This document shows positions 9,393-19,757 of a DNA stretch of 64,000 nt, piece after piece (the stretch's first letter is position 1; every line of letters starts with the position of its first letter). The notes under the pieces were generated by a model. The model worked only from the letters and a program-made list of their open reading frames with translations, ran no database searches and had not been told where the DNA came from. Origin of the DNA: Candidatus Latescibacterota bacterium (GTDB lineage Bacteria > Latescibacterota > UBA2968); contig OZ242320.1 in assembly GCA_965208125.1 (NCBI GenBank), positions 480,001 to 544,000 of the forward strand, in the 5' to 3' direction. Position numbers and translations under genes: made by a program.

Positions 9393-11519
9393 ATGGCAAG
9401 CCAAAGATACGAAAATCTGTATGCACAAATAGAAACCGCACTGCGAGAAAAACCAAAACGCACGCAGCTCTACAACGCAGTCAAACGGGCGCGGGATGCC
9501 CGACGCACTGCAATTGATATTTTGCCGCAAGGAGAGGCATTTCGCAAAGAAGTGCGCGACATCAAAGTGCGATGCCTGCACAAGCTGGACGACCTGGTCG
9601 ATCAATTTGCCGAGAAAGTCGAATCGCGCGGAGCAAAGGTCTTTCTCGCAAAAGACGGTGCTGCTGCGATTGACTACATCTTAAAACTATCAGCAGAGAA
9701 AAACGCCGAGACCGTGGCAAAATCAAAATCGCTAACAAGCGAAGAAATCGAAGTCAACCACCCGCTGGAAAACGCCGGTCTGGAAGTAATTGAAACCGAC
9801 CTCGGCGAGCTTATTATCCAAAAAGTCCACGAAAAACCATTCCATCTGGTATTTCCCGCTGTCCATAAAACCGCAGTTGAAGTAGCAGAAATATTTAAAA
9901 AAGAAACAGGTGAGGACGTACCCGACGATGTAGATGCCATTATGAAAATCGTGCGCAAATACCTGCGACCGATTTTTCTCAACGCCGACATCGGCATGAC
10001 AGGCGCAAATGTAGGCGTTGCTGAATCGGGCACAATCCTGATCGAAACCAACGAAGGCAATGCCCGTCTGGTATCGAGCATTCCCGATGTACACATCTGC
10101 ATTATGGGACGCGAAAAAGTAGTGGAAACAGTAGAAGACGCATTGCAAATGATGCTGGCACATCCGGTCAGCGCTGTCGGCCAACACACGACAACCTATG
10201 TAACGTGGATGAGTGGCAGATCGCCTCTGGGCGAGGGCGAGGGACGCGCACCGAGGGAATCGCATATCATCATCCTGGACAATGGCCGTACCAGAATGCA
10301 AGAAGACCCCCTGTTTTCAGACGCGCTCAACTGCATCCGCTGCGGCGCCTGTATGAATATCTGTCCAACTTATGGCGTAGTCGGCGGCCATGCATTTGGA
10401 TACATATACCCCGGACCGATCGGCATACCGTGGACGGCTGAAGTTCACGGTGTAGATAAGGCGGGCGACTTCGCACCACTGTGTATTTCGTGTGGCTTGT
10501 GCAAAGAAATATGCCCCGCAGAAATCGACATCCCAATGATGATAGCCGGGGTAAAAGACCGCGACAGCGAAGCCAATCCCCATCCGCGCGTCAACAAAAT
10601 GCTGATGGCCGCAGAAAAAGCCGCAAAAATGAGCAGTTTGACAGCACCCATATCCAATTGGATGATGGACAATGGACTGGTGCGATGGGCAATGGAAAAA
10701 GTGATGGGCATTGATCGACGCCGTCAGCTACCCAAATTCAGCCGAAAAACACTCGTAAAACGCTTCGCAAAACGCGGGCCATCTCCCGTATCGAACCCCA
10801 TTCGCAAAGTGGCCTTTTTCACAGACCTGTTTGCCAATTACAACGACCCCGACCTGGGAATGGCGGCAATTGAACGCCTGGAAGCACTCGGTTGCGAAGT
10901 CATCATCCCCCCGCAAAAAAGCAGCGGATACCCCTACATCGGCTACGGCGACCTGAAAAATGCGAAAAAAATTGCACGCGAAAACGTGGACCTCCTCCTC
11001 CCCTATATACAGCAGGGCTATGAGGTCGTTGCAACAGAACCCACGGCAACGTACTGCCTGAAAATTTCATACCCCAAATTGCTCGATAAAGCAGATGATG
11101 CCGTATCTGTCGCCGAACACACGTATGAGTTTTTTGAGTTCCTATCCCTGCTCGAAAACGATATTTCAGATGAAGAGCAACATGCCCTGCGTGGACGCGC
11201 ATTTGGATTCCACATCCCCTGCCACCAGCGTCCTCTGGGTGCGGGTGAACACGCAATGGCATTCTTGCGCCAGCGCGGTGCAGACGTCGCCCTCATCGAA
11301 ACAGGCACCTGCTGTGGCATGGCGGGAACATTTGGCCTGAAAGCCGGACCCCTCGGCTACGAACTCGCACAGGCTGTTGGAGAACCACTCTTCGAAGGCT
11401 TCCGCGAATCCAATGTAGAAGCCATCGTAACAGAAAGCAGCGTGTGCGCCATCCACCTCTCAGAAGGAACCGAACTCGAAGTCTGGCATCCCTTAAACCT
11501 GCTTCGTCTCCTGGAGTAG
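9393..11519 (+). CDS. LutB/LldF-like LUD-domain 4Fe-4S protein fused to C-terminal CCG (GlpC-like) domains
   Basis: KSKSLTSEEI, ETDLGE, NEGNARL, CIRCGACMNICP, CISCGLCKEICP; C-terminal HIPCH and CCGMAGTFG. Confidence 0.88.
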   Translation: MASQRYENLYAQIETALREKPKRTQLYNAVKRARDARRTAIDILPQGEAFRKEVRDIKVRCLHKLDDLVDQFAEKVESRGAKVFLAKDGAAAIDYILKLSAEKNAETVAKSKSLTSEEIEVNHPLENAGLEVIETDLGELIIQKVHEKPFHLVFPAVHKTAVEVAEIFKKETGEDVPDDVDAIMKIVRKYLRPIFLNADIGMTGANVGVAESGTILIETNEGNARLVSSIPDVHICIMGREKVVETVEDALQMMLAHPVSAVGQHTTTYVTWMSGRSPLGEGEGRAPRESHIIILDNGRTRMQEDPLFSDALNCIRCGACMNICPTYGVVGGHAFGYIYPGPIGIPWTAEVHGVDKAGDFAPLCISCGLCKEICPAEIDIPMMIAGVKDRDSEANPHPRVNKMLMAAEKAAKMSSLTAPISNWMMDNGLVRWAMEKVMGIDRRRQLPKFSRKTLVKRFAKRGPSPVSNPIRKVAFFTDLFANYNDPDLGMAAIERLEALGCEVIIPPQKSSGYPYIGYGDLKNAKKIARENVDLLLPYIQQGYEVVATEPTATYCLKISYPKLLDKADDAVSVAEHTYEFFEFLSLLENDISDEEQHALRGRAFGFHIPCHQRPLGAGEHAMAFLRQRGADVALIETGTCCGMAGTFGLKAGPLGYELAQAVGEPLFEGFRESNVEAIVTESSVCAIHLSEGTELEVWHPLNLLRLLE

Positions 11520-11560
11520 AGCACATCCTATCCTGAAATTGAAGACAGTTTCAAAAAAAC

Positions 11561-11598
11561 TTGCATCTCCAACACAAGTGTATTATATTAGTAATACA
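11561..11598 (+). promoter_or_regulatory. sigma70 promoter overlapped by a YtrA-type GntR operator
   Basis: TTGCAT-17bp-TATATT; palindrome TGTATTA-N6-TAATACA (11579-11598) directly upstream of the GntR gene. Confidence 0.75.
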
Positions 11599-11626
11599 GT
11601 AATTCACCTATTGAGAGAATTGCCCT

Positions 11627-12022
11627 ATGTTGATCTCAATTGACCACCACAATGGCATACCCGTTTTTCGCCAGATCATCGACCAGGTGAAATTCCACGT
11701 AGTCAGCGGGCTACTCGCGCCGGGAGACGAACTGCCCTCGACCCGCGCATTATCGGGGCAACTGGGACTCAACCCAATGACAGTGAGCAAAGCGTATAGC
11801 CTGTTGGAAGCAGAGGGATTGGTCGAGCGGCGGCGCGGACGACCGTTAACCGTAAAACCCTTACGAGATCAGATCGTACACGCCGAAAAACTGGAACAAC
11901 TCAAACCACAACTCACACAATTGGCAACAATGGTTCGGCAGTTGGGGGTTGATCGGGCGGAAGTCGTAGATCTTTTCCACTCCATCTTAGATACCCTGGA
12001 GGAAGACAATGATGGCACATGA
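11627..12022 (+). CDS. GntR family (YtrA subfamily) transcriptional regulator
   Basis: P.F.QI..QV...L.PGDELPSTRAL..L.LNPMTVSKAY; short C-terminus; heads an ABC operon. Confidence 0.93.
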   Translation: MLISIDHHNGIPVFRQIIDQVKFHVVSGLLAPGDELPSTRALSGQLGLNPMTVSKAYSLLEAEGLVERRRGRPLTVKPLRDQIVHAEKLEQLKPQLTQLATMVRQLGVDRAEVVDLFHSILDTLEEDNDGT

Positions 12023-12902
12023 CCAGACATCTGTATTTGAAGCCACATCACTGACCAAAAAATTCGGTGACACCACAGCGCTCAACTCCGTAACGCTCTC
12101 TCTTGGCGCACATCGCGTAATTGGATTGATCGGACGCAATGGCGGAGGCAAAACCACCTTGATCCAGCACATGATCGGCCTGTATTTACCCACAGAGGGA
12201 ACGTGTCAAACACTGGGCCGCGCGTGCGATCAGCTGGGAGCAAACGAACTTTCGCGCATTGGTGTGGTACATCAAGAAAATCGATTTTTCGAATGGATGA
12301 CTGTCAAACAACATCTGCGCTACGTATCCTCATTTTACGAGATATGGGACCGCGATCTGGAAGCGCATCTGTTGCGCGAACTCGAATTGGAAACATCCGC
12401 ACGCGTGGGCAACCTGTCTTCGGGGAACATGCAAAAATTGGGAATCATACTGGCAGTATGTCATCATCCCGAGCTATTGATCTTAGATGAGCCGGTCAGT
12501 GGCCTGGACCCCATTGCCCGGGAGACATTGTTGAAATTTCTAATGACACTCCTGGCTGAAGACGAAAACACAATCGTGATCTCCTCCCACATTCTGCGAG
12601 ACATCGAAAAAATAGTAGATTGGGTCGTATGCCTCGACGAAGGGACAATCAAAGCCGACAAATCGCTGGACGATCTGCACCAGACATACGCAAAGTGGAC
12701 AGTCACAGGAAACAATCTGCCCCAGCAATTTTCTGAACCTTATATCCTATCGCAAACAGTGAACGGAGTACAGGCACAATTGATCGTCAATCAAGCACTG
12801 GGCAATGTAGATCAATTCAAGCGGACTTATCATGCTAATATCACCAGTCAGTCCCTGAATCTCGACCAGCTATTTCCCATCCTGATTCGGGAGGGCGCAT
12901 AA
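12009..12902 (+). CDS. ABC transporter ATP-binding protein (YtrB-like)
   Basis: GRNGGGKTT, LSSGNMQK, LILDEPVSGLD, SSH. Confidence 0.93.
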   Translation: MMAHDQTSVFEATSLTKKFGDTTALNSVTLSLGAHRVIGLIGRNGGGKTTLIQHMIGLYLPTEGTCQTLGRACDQLGANELSRIGVVHQENRFFEWMTVKQHLRYVSSFYEIWDRDLEAHLLRELELETSARVGNLSSGNMQKLGIILAVCHHPELLILDEPVSGLDPIARETLLKFLMTLLAEDENTIVISSHILRDIEKIVDWVVCLDEGTIKADKSLDDLHQTYAKWTVTGNNLPQQFSEPYILSQTVNGVQAQLIVNQALGNVDQFKRTYHANITSQSLNLDQLFPILIREGA

Positions 12903-14371
12903 TGGGTATTCTTCCATTTTTCACATTTTGGCGAAGCCCCGTTTACATTATCATCGCCTTGTGTGTCGGCTGGTTTCTCTTCCAAAACTTGGTGTCTTCC
13001 CATGCACATCGGTTCTCTGTATTCTTTTTATTTTTGTTTTTTGAACTTTACGGTGGGATTATCGGCAGTATTGTAGGAGAGAACCAGCACCGGAGGCTCA
13101 CATGGACCCTGCCGCATTTTCGCAAGCGTCTGATGATCTGGTCGATAATTATCGGACTATTTTCCGTTGTGGTGTGGACGATTATACTGGCTTATGCCCC
13201 CCTCAATGCGTCCTGGTCAACAATTTTACTGGTCAATTTGGGCTTTTATTGTTTGGGATTTGCCCTTTTCGGGGGTTGGAGTTTAGATACTAATCGCCCC
13301 GGGTTGATTTACAAGTGCCGGATCCTCATCGTGTTACCGGTGCTGGCATTAACCTATTTGTGGCAAGAGGTACTCGCTTTTGGAGAGCAACAAAAGTTGG
13401 GTTTGGCTCTCATCGCATTCGCCATCGCAATTGGAGCTCATTATTTCGCCTTTAATCAGACGACTTTTCGCAGTAAGCCATTTTCTTTTTGGGTTGGATC
13501 ATTCTACTCGGGTTTTGATCCTCGAACTCGGGAGTTTTGGCAACAGAATGCAATGAAGATGCGAAAGGCGAGTACCAGGGTATGGCATCTCGATCACATC
13601 GGTACAGGCATCTTCAACTGGCTACGTGCGGGCCAGTATGAAAATTTTGATCTGGGTGGGTGGAAATGGCCTATTTCCGCGTTTAGCGCAGCATTGGCAA
13701 TGGTATTCTTTTTTCTCGGCATGACGACGAAGTTATTCGGATTATTGGGTCAGTCTCCTTACGATTTTGAGACCGTCTCGAAAATGATTTATCACCTGAT
13801 CTTTTATTTTCACCAGTTGGACTCCAACATCATCGGGGGTATATTCGGTGCAGTGTTTTTCGGCATTTGTATGTATCTTTTTATTTCTCCTATTTCACTG
13901 AAATGGGGGTATGTCTATCCGCTTTCTCGCACCCAGCGGATGTGGATTCGGTATAGCAGTTTGCTGGTACAAAATATTTCTTTTTTTGTAGCATCTATTC
14001 TGGTATTGAGTGTTCTGGGCATCTTGGCGGGTATAAAGGTCGGGTTTGCGTCTGAAGGAGATATATCTTTGGAAATATTCTGTGTCCTTGGGTGGTGGGT
14101 CGTTCTTTTCCCGATATTGCAGTGGTTGCAAGTCAAATATGACCTGTATGAATTTCAAAGAACGCGGCGACATACATGGGGGATGGCTGTCCTGATCTTG
14201 GGCATAATTTTGGCTTTTGGATTCACTGGTTTTACCAGCCTGATGCGTGTCTGGTATCCCGATTTGATGCTGACCTATGAAGTGCCGATCCTTTTTCTCT
14301 CTTTTATTCTTTTACAATGGTTCCTATTGTCTCGGCTCAAACGGTATTATGCCACACAGGATCTGATTTAG
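12902..14371 (+). CDS. Polytopic membrane protein, probable ABC permease
   Basis: About 12 hydrophobic segments; translationally coupled (TAATG) to the ABC ATPase. Confidence 0.75.
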   Translation: MGILPFFTFWRSPVYIIIALCVGWFLFQNLVSSHAHRFSVFFLFLFFELYGGIIGSIVGENQHRRLTWTLPHFRKRLMIWSIIIGLFSVVVWTIILAYAPLNASWSTILLVNLGFYCLGFALFGGWSLDTNRPGLIYKCRILIVLPVLALTYLWQEVLAFGEQQKLGLALIAFAIAIGAHYFAFNQTTFRSKPFSFWVGSFYSGFDPRTREFWQQNAMKMRKASTRVWHLDHIGTGIFNWLRAGQYENFDLGGWKWPISAFSAALAMVFFFLGMTTKLFGLLGQSPYDFETVSKMIYHLIFYFHQLDSNIIGGIFGAVFFGICMYLFISPISLKWGYVYPLSRTQRMWIRYSSLLVQNISFFVASILVLSVLGILAGIKVGFASEGDISLEIFCVLGWWVVLFPILQWLQVKYDLYEFQRTRRHTWGMAVLILGIILAFGFTGFTSLMRVWYPDLMLTYEVPILFLSFILLQWFLLSRLKRYYATQDLI

Positions 14372-14634
14372 ATTAAGTAGATTGATAAATCAATTGGGTG
14401 GTATAGTGATTGCGATGCGCTCAACTCGAATCTCGCAGGACAAAAAGCATGATTTTTGTATAATTATGCATATATGCATTTGTTTTCTCATAGATTTTTA
14501 ATTTTTTATACACGTTAATAGCATTTAATAACTTGCAGCGTGCCGCCAGGGTTACGACAATAAGAGACACGAAGTATTGGCGTACCCATTCTTTTGCACA
14601 CGTATGTATTCCTATACCTGCGAAAATAACGTGT

Positions 14635-17600
14635 ATGTTTGAAAACGGAACGATTCTCGACAAAAGATACCAAATCCAGACACATCTGGGAACCGGGGGC
14701 ATGGGCGAAGTCTATCGGGTGTTGGACCTGGAGCAAAGCCAGGAGTGCGCGCTCAAAATTTTGAATACCATGGTGGATCAGAAGGCTGTGCATCGCCGCT
14801 TCCACAGAGAATTTCAAGTGTTGAACAGATTCCAGCACCCGCGTCTGGTCCGCACATACACCTGGGGCTTTGCCGAAGATCGCCCCTATTTTACAATGGA
14901 CTATTTGCCTGGCAAGACATTGGAAAAAATAATCGCCGATCATGCACATTCAGGGCAATTCCGAGCGTCTCACTTTTTTGCTCTGATACAACAACTTGCC
15001 GAGGGATTGGCTTATATCCACGCGCAGGGTGCAGTGCATCGCGATCTCAAGCCATCCAATATCATGGTTTTGGAAACAGAAGAGGGGCTTGAGACTACGA
15101 TCCTGGATATGGGACTGGCGAAACTCAGGCATCTGCACAGTGCCTCCATTACGCAGACCGGAACAGCCATTGGCACGGCAGAATATATGTCGCCAGAGCA
15201 GGGTAAGGGTCTTTGGGTGGATCATCGATCAGACCTGTATTCATTGGGCGTGATCTTATACGAGATGCTCACGGGCGCACCGCCCTTTTCCGGACAAAAT
15301 CCCATATCTATTATTATGAAGCATATTCGAGAGTCACCCCCACCAATAGGTGAAACCCATATCGCGATTCCCGAACAGACAAAACAAATCGTGCTGAAGT
15401 TGCTGGCAAAGGAGCTTGTTGATCGCTATCAGTCGGCAGAGGAACTCCTGCGTGCCTTACCATCGGGGGTTGTGCTACCCGATGACGAGCAACGCGATGT
15501 ACATAGAAAAGTGATGCGGCCGCAATTTGTCGGGCGCGAATCTGAAATGAAGACATTGCGCGCGATGTTGCAAGATGTACAGGCTGGCGAGCAACGCGTG
15601 GTTCTAATCTCCGGTGAGTCCGGTGTGGGAAAAACGAGACTAATTGAGGAACTATTGGGCGACGCTTTGATCCATGATTTTCTGTGTTTGAAAGGTGCGA
15701 GCCAGGAAGAAGGTGGACAAATATACGGTGCGTTGATCAGTGCTTTTCAAGAGACGGTGGATTCGGTGGCAGAGCTACCCGACCCTGCAGAATCGGACAA
15801 ATTTTCTGTTATGGAACGCTGGTTGCAGTTATTAAAGCGCCTGCGGCACAAACAGCCCATTGTGTTGTGTTTGGAAGATATTCAATGGCTCGATGAATTG
15901 ACCCTGGAATTTTTACAGTATGTGTTGCGCGATCCAGAACCCTGTCCGTTTTTGTTATGTCTGACTTGCCGATGGTCTAACCTGGAGCCGCTTGCAGAGG
16001 AAATTGAGAATTTTATACACAGCAATGAATTTGCTGGTGCTACTCATATTCAGTTGGAAAATCTACCGCGAGAAGAGGCGGGGTATTTAGCGGCGTCGAT
16101 GTTGGGGGAGCGATCTGTACCGCCGGATACCTTGCAAACCCTGTTCAGAGAAACGGGTGGGCAACCCCTGTTTGTCGTGGAGGCGGTGAGGACACTGGTG
16201 CAGGCCGATGTGGTTCGGCAGAATGTGTCCGGCGATTGGCAGTGGGGAGAATTTCCCGAAACATTATTATCCGATGATATTTCAGAGGTTTTGTACAGGC
16301 GCATAACTACTCTGCCTGATGTGCAACAGCGGGTGCTGGAATATTCGTGTGTTTTTCTGAGTGATTTTTCTTTTGAATTATTAGCTTCGGTTTGGCGTGG
16401 TGATGAGTTGGAGTTGTTAGATGTACTGGACGACTTGATTGCAGGAGAGCTTTTGACAGCTTGTGGAGAAGGCGAAGATCAATATCGATTTTCACAGGGT
16501 TTGTATCAGCAGGCAATTTATGACCGCCTGCAAGATGTGCGGCGGCGTCTGTTACATCGAGAAATTGGCAATGCTTTGGAAGAGACGGAAGATGCGGAAG
16601 AATTGGCGGAAGAATTGGCGGATCATTTTGCGGCGGCAGAAGGACGAGATAAGGCTGTGAAATATGCGCGTATGGCAGGCAAAAAAGCATTGGAACAACA
16701 CGCTTATCGCCAGGCAATGAGAAAGTTCGAGGCTGTGCGGAACTGGACAGCGGATGACACCTTTGATTCACCTGCAAATGCCATCGACTTTTTGTGTGAT
16801 TATGCAGATGCGTTGCGCAATTGTAGTCAGCACAATTGCGCACTGGAACTTTTAGACGAGGCAAAAGCATTATTGCCCGTTGATAATAAAGATTTAAAGG
16901 CGCGTATTTTGAACGACCAGGGTGAAATTCAAAGCGTACTGCAACATGGGGAAATAGCAGAAAAATATATGCTGGAGGCATTGCAACTTTATCGTGAACT
17001 CGGTGATTTTGAGGGTGAAATTCAGGCGTTGGGTAGTTTGGCTTATTTGTGTGATGTGTCTGAACGACACAAAGATGCTATTGCATATATGCGTCGGGAA
17101 ATAGAGAAACGTAGTATGTTGGGAGACCCGCAAAATGAGGCTTTTATACAAGGACGAGAAAGTCAGGCGGCATTGGTCGAGTTTCGATTTGAGACAGCTA
17201 AGGGGCATTTGGAGACTGCTACAAAGGCCTTTCAGCAACCTGGACTTGAACACCAACGCATTTGGGTACTCAATTTACTTCCAAGAGTTTATTTTTATCT
17301 GGGTGATTTCAATCGTGCAGAAGCCGTTTGCAACGAAGCAATTAGTGAATGGCAGAAGCGAGGCGTTGTGTACTGGGAAGCGATGAATTTTCTCTATCTG
17401 GGAGAATTGGCTCTGGAACAAGGTAATTTTGTCGAGGCTCTGGAATACGCCGAGACCTCATCAGAACGATTTTTGCAAACACCGAGAAGAGATTATGTCT
17501 ATAGCGCTTATGCGATTGCAGCAACGGCTGCTGCGAGAATGGGAGATACAGAAGCAGCACTTGAATGGGCAGAAAAAGCCAGTGAAGGAGTGCAGCAAGC

Positions 17601-19443
17601 ATCGGGTATGTACACGGGCATATTGCCCCTGGTGCATTGTGGTATTGGTGTTGCTTTGGCTCAAGCAGGGCGGATAACCGAGGCTGAAGAGGCTTTTGAG
17701 CAGTCTATTGAATGCCGTAGAGAATCCAAAGGCGACCACTGGGCGCGTGCATTGCTGATGGCTGGGGAGTTTTATCTCCAACGCGATGATATGACCAGAG
17801 CTACAGCACATCTCGAAGCGGCAAAACAGGCATTTAGAGAAATGGAAATGTCTTATTTTCTGGAGAAAACACAGGTGTTATTAAATCAATTTGATGGATC
17901 TTCTCGAGGCGGAGATGATGCCCCAACCCGTAGCTCTGAGATTTCAGTCGAGACGTTGTCTGTTGATCGCTTGCGCTTCCTCTACGATGTGAGCAGGGAA
18001 TTGACAACAGAACGCGATGTCAGAGTGTTATTGGACCGGATTTTGGGTAATTTGTTGGCTGTTTATCCAGCAGAGCGCGTGCTTGTTGCGCTAAAAAATG
18101 ATACACCAAAAGGCTTTATGGTTGATGCTGTGCGCCACTACAATTTAGAGGTAGATGATATAGAAGCACTGAGCCAGGGTATTATTCGCCAAGTTATTGA
18201 GACAAATGAACCCGTTTTGAGCTTTGATGCCCAGACAGACGAAAGATTCAATCGGTACCAAAGCGTAATAGATTACCACATTCGGTCTGTATTGTGCGTG
18301 CCCGTATTCCATCTTAACGAAGGTGTGATGGGTGCGCTGTATGTGGATCATCGCGGCATGGGCAACGCATTTTCTGAAGCCGATCAGACGTTTTTGCAGG
18401 CATTTGCTAATCTGGTAGGCGTGGCACTGGTCAATGCGAGGATGTACGAACAATTGGAAGAGAAAGCACAATATTTGCAACAACAGGTCGAAAGGCGATA
18501 TCAGCTTGACGACCTGATCGGACAAAGTGATGCCATGCAGAGGGTTTACCAGCTTATCGAACGCGCTGCAAAGAGTGATATTCCCGTGCTTATTCAAGGT
18601 GAAACAGGTACGGGCAAGGGATTGGCTGCGCGTGCCATACACTACAATAGTGCATGCAAAAACCAGCGATTTTTGTCGCAAAATTGTGCTGCTCTTTCAC
18701 CAGAGTTGTTGCAGAGTGAGTTGTTTGGGTACAAAAAAGGTGCGTTTACCGGGGCGACTGAAGATCACATGGGGATTTTTGAGGCTGCCAATGGCGGTAC
18801 GGTTTTTCTGGATGAAATCGCCGATGCCCCGCCACAGTTGCAAAAGAGTTTGTTGCGGGTGTTGCAAGAGGGTGAGATTCGGCGTGTGGGAGAAACAGAG
18901 GATCGCACAGTGGATGTACGCATTATTGCAGCGACCAATCGGGACTTAAAAAAAGAAGTAGAACAAGGGAGGTTTCGCGAAGATTTGTATTATCGGTTGC
19001 ACGGGATTCAGATCGATATGCCACCTTTGCGAGAACGCATGGAAGATGTGCCGTTATTGGCCGAACATCTGCTCATCCGAACAAAAGAAGATGCAAACAA
19101 GTCGGTTGGGAGGCTGACAGTGGGGGCAATCAGGGCGCTCACAAGTTATGACTGGCCGGGCAATGTGCGCGAGTTGGAAAATAAGGTTCGACTTGCGGTC
19201 GCATTGTCGGAAGAAGGTAGTGAAATCACGTCCGATTTGTTTTCAGAAGCTGTCGGGCACGCACTGTCAGATACTCCTGTTGAATACCAGGAGCGTTTAC
19301 AAGATCGTGTTCGGGAATATGAGAAACGATTGATTATGGATGCGCTCGAGAAATGCGTGGGCAATATTACACATACAGCTGAAGAATTGGGCATGACGCG
19401 CGCGGGTTTACAAAAAAAGATCAATCGTTTGGGGTTGAGATAG
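14635..19443 (+). CDS. Multidomain sigma54 enhancer-binding protein: Ser/Thr kinase - AAA ATPase - TPR - GAF - sigma54 AAA+ - Fis HTH
   Basis: LGTGGMGEVY, HRDLKPSN, GTAEYMSPEQ, FVGRE, GESGVGKT, EDIQW.D, TGGQPLF, TPR-like helices, GAF (SVLCVP..GALYVD), GETGTGK, GAFTGA, WPGNVREL, C-terminal HTH. ATG 14635 preferred over TTG 14533. Confidence 0.93.
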   Translation: MFENGTILDKRYQIQTHLGTGGMGEVYRVLDLEQSQECALKILNTMVDQKAVHRRFHREFQVLNRFQHPRLVRTYTWGFAEDRPYFTMDYLPGKTLEKIIADHAHSGQFRASHFFALIQQLAEGLAYIHAQGAVHRDLKPSNIMVLETEEGLETTILDMGLAKLRHLHSASITQTGTAIGTAEYMSPEQGKGLWVDHRSDLYSLGVILYEMLTGAPPFSGQNPISIIMKHIRESPPPIGETHIAIPEQTKQIVLKLLAKELVDRYQSAEELLRALPSGVVLPDDEQRDVHRKVMRPQFVGRESEMKTLRAMLQDVQAGEQRVVLISGESGVGKTRLIEELLGDALIHDFLCLKGASQEEGGQIYGALISAFQETVDSVAELPDPAESDKFSVMERWLQLLKRLRHKQPIVLCLEDIQWLDELTLEFLQYVLRDPEPCPFLLCLTCRWSNLEPLAEEIENFIHSNEFAGATHIQLENLPREEAGYLAASMLGERSVPPDTLQTLFRETGGQPLFVVEAVRTLVQADVVRQNVSGDWQWGEFPETLLSDDISEVLYRRITTLPDVQQRVLEYSCVFLSDFSFELLASVWRGDELELLDVLDDLIAGELLTACGEGEDQYRFSQGLYQQAIYDRLQDVRRRLLHREIGNALEETEDAEELAEELADHFAAAEGRDKAVKYARMAGKKALEQHAYRQAMRKFEAVRNWTADDTFDSPANAIDFLCDYADALRNCSQHNCALELLDEAKALLPVDNKDLKARILNDQGEIQSVLQHGEIAEKYMLEALQLYRELGDFEGEIQALGSLAYLCDVSERHKDAIAYMRREIEKRSMLGDPQNEAFIQGRESQAALVEFRFETAKGHLETATKAFQQPGLEHQRIWVLNLLPRVYFYLGDFNRAEAVCNEAISEWQKRGVVYWEAMNFLYLGELALEQGNFVEALEYAETSSERFLQTPRRDYVYSAYAIAATAAARMGDTEAALEWAEKASEGVQQASGMYTGILPLVHCGIGVALAQAGRITEAEEAFEQSIECRRESKGDHWARALLMAGEFYLQRDDMTRATAHLEAAKQAFREMEMSYFLEKTQVLLNQFDGSSRGGDDAPTRSSEISVETLSVDRLRFLYDVSRELTTERDVRVLLDRILGNLLAVYPAERVLVALKNDTPKGFMVDAVRHYNLEVDDIEALSQGIIRQVIETNEPVLSFDAQTDERFNRYQSVIDYHIRSVLCVPVFHLNEGVMGALYVDHRGMGNAFSEADQTFLQAFANLVGVALVNARMYEQLEEKAQYLQQQVERRYQLDDLIGQSDAMQRVYQLIERAAKSDIPVLIQGETGTGKGLAARAIHYNSACKNQRFLSQNCAALSPELLQSELFGYKKGAFTGATEDHMGIFEAANGGTVFLDEIADAPPQLQKSLLRVLQEGEIRRVGETEDRTVDVRIIAATNRDLKKEVEQGRFREDLYYRLHGIQIDMPPLRERMEDVPLLAEHLLIRTKEDANKSVGRLTVGAIRALTSYDWPGNVRELENKVRLAVALSEEGSEITSDLFSEAVGHALSDTPVEYQERLQDRVREYEKRLIMDALEKCVGNITHTAEELGMTRAGLQKKINRLGLR

Positions 19444-19454
19444 ACGTTGAACAG

Positions 19455-19577
19455 GTGCATCCAACTGTATGCAGTAGTGCATCCGACTGTATGCACCTGT
19501 CTATCCTTATATAATTCAGACAGTTATGTTGATTTTCTTTAAATAAGCGATTTATAGGTGCATCCAACTGTATGCAC
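19455..19577. promoter_or_regulatory. Three palindromic enhancer-like (UAS) sites GTGCAT-N8-ATGCAC
   Basis: GTGCATCCAACTGTATGCAG (19455), GTGCATCCGACTGTATGCAC (19477), GTGCATCCAACTGTATGCAC (19558), about 110-230 bp upstream of a sigma54 promoter. Confidence 0.8.
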
Positions 19578-19685
19578 TTACACCAGAATCTCGCAGATTT
19601 AGCACAAATCATTCTCAAATTTTATCTCTTTGTTTTTCAAGCACTTGAGCACATTCAAGTGCTTTTTTTTATTCTGAGACGATTT

Positions 19686-19702
19686 TTGGCACGGATCTTG
19701 CA
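19686..19702 (+). promoter_or_regulatory. sigma54 -24/-12 promoter
   Basis: TTGGCACGGATCTTGCA matches the consensus TGGCACG-N4-TTGC. Confidence 0.9.
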
Positions 19703-19757
19703 CTATAAAGAGGGCAAACCGTTATGGCACAGGATTTTTCCATTAAAGGAGGATAAC

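Noticed and set aside
19455-19577. 20-bp repeats as a mini CRISPR array
   Set aside because: Gaps are 2 and about 61 bp, there are no uniform spacers or cas genes, and the position fits sigma54 enhancer sites.
19724-19740. Second sigma54 promoter TGGCACAGGATTTTTC
   Set aside because: It has the -24 element but lacks the -12 GC.
19572-19757. N-terminal extension of the 121-aa ORF in the track
   Set aside because: It spans the UAS and promoter; the strong RBS is at 19746-19752, giving a 59-aa peptide.
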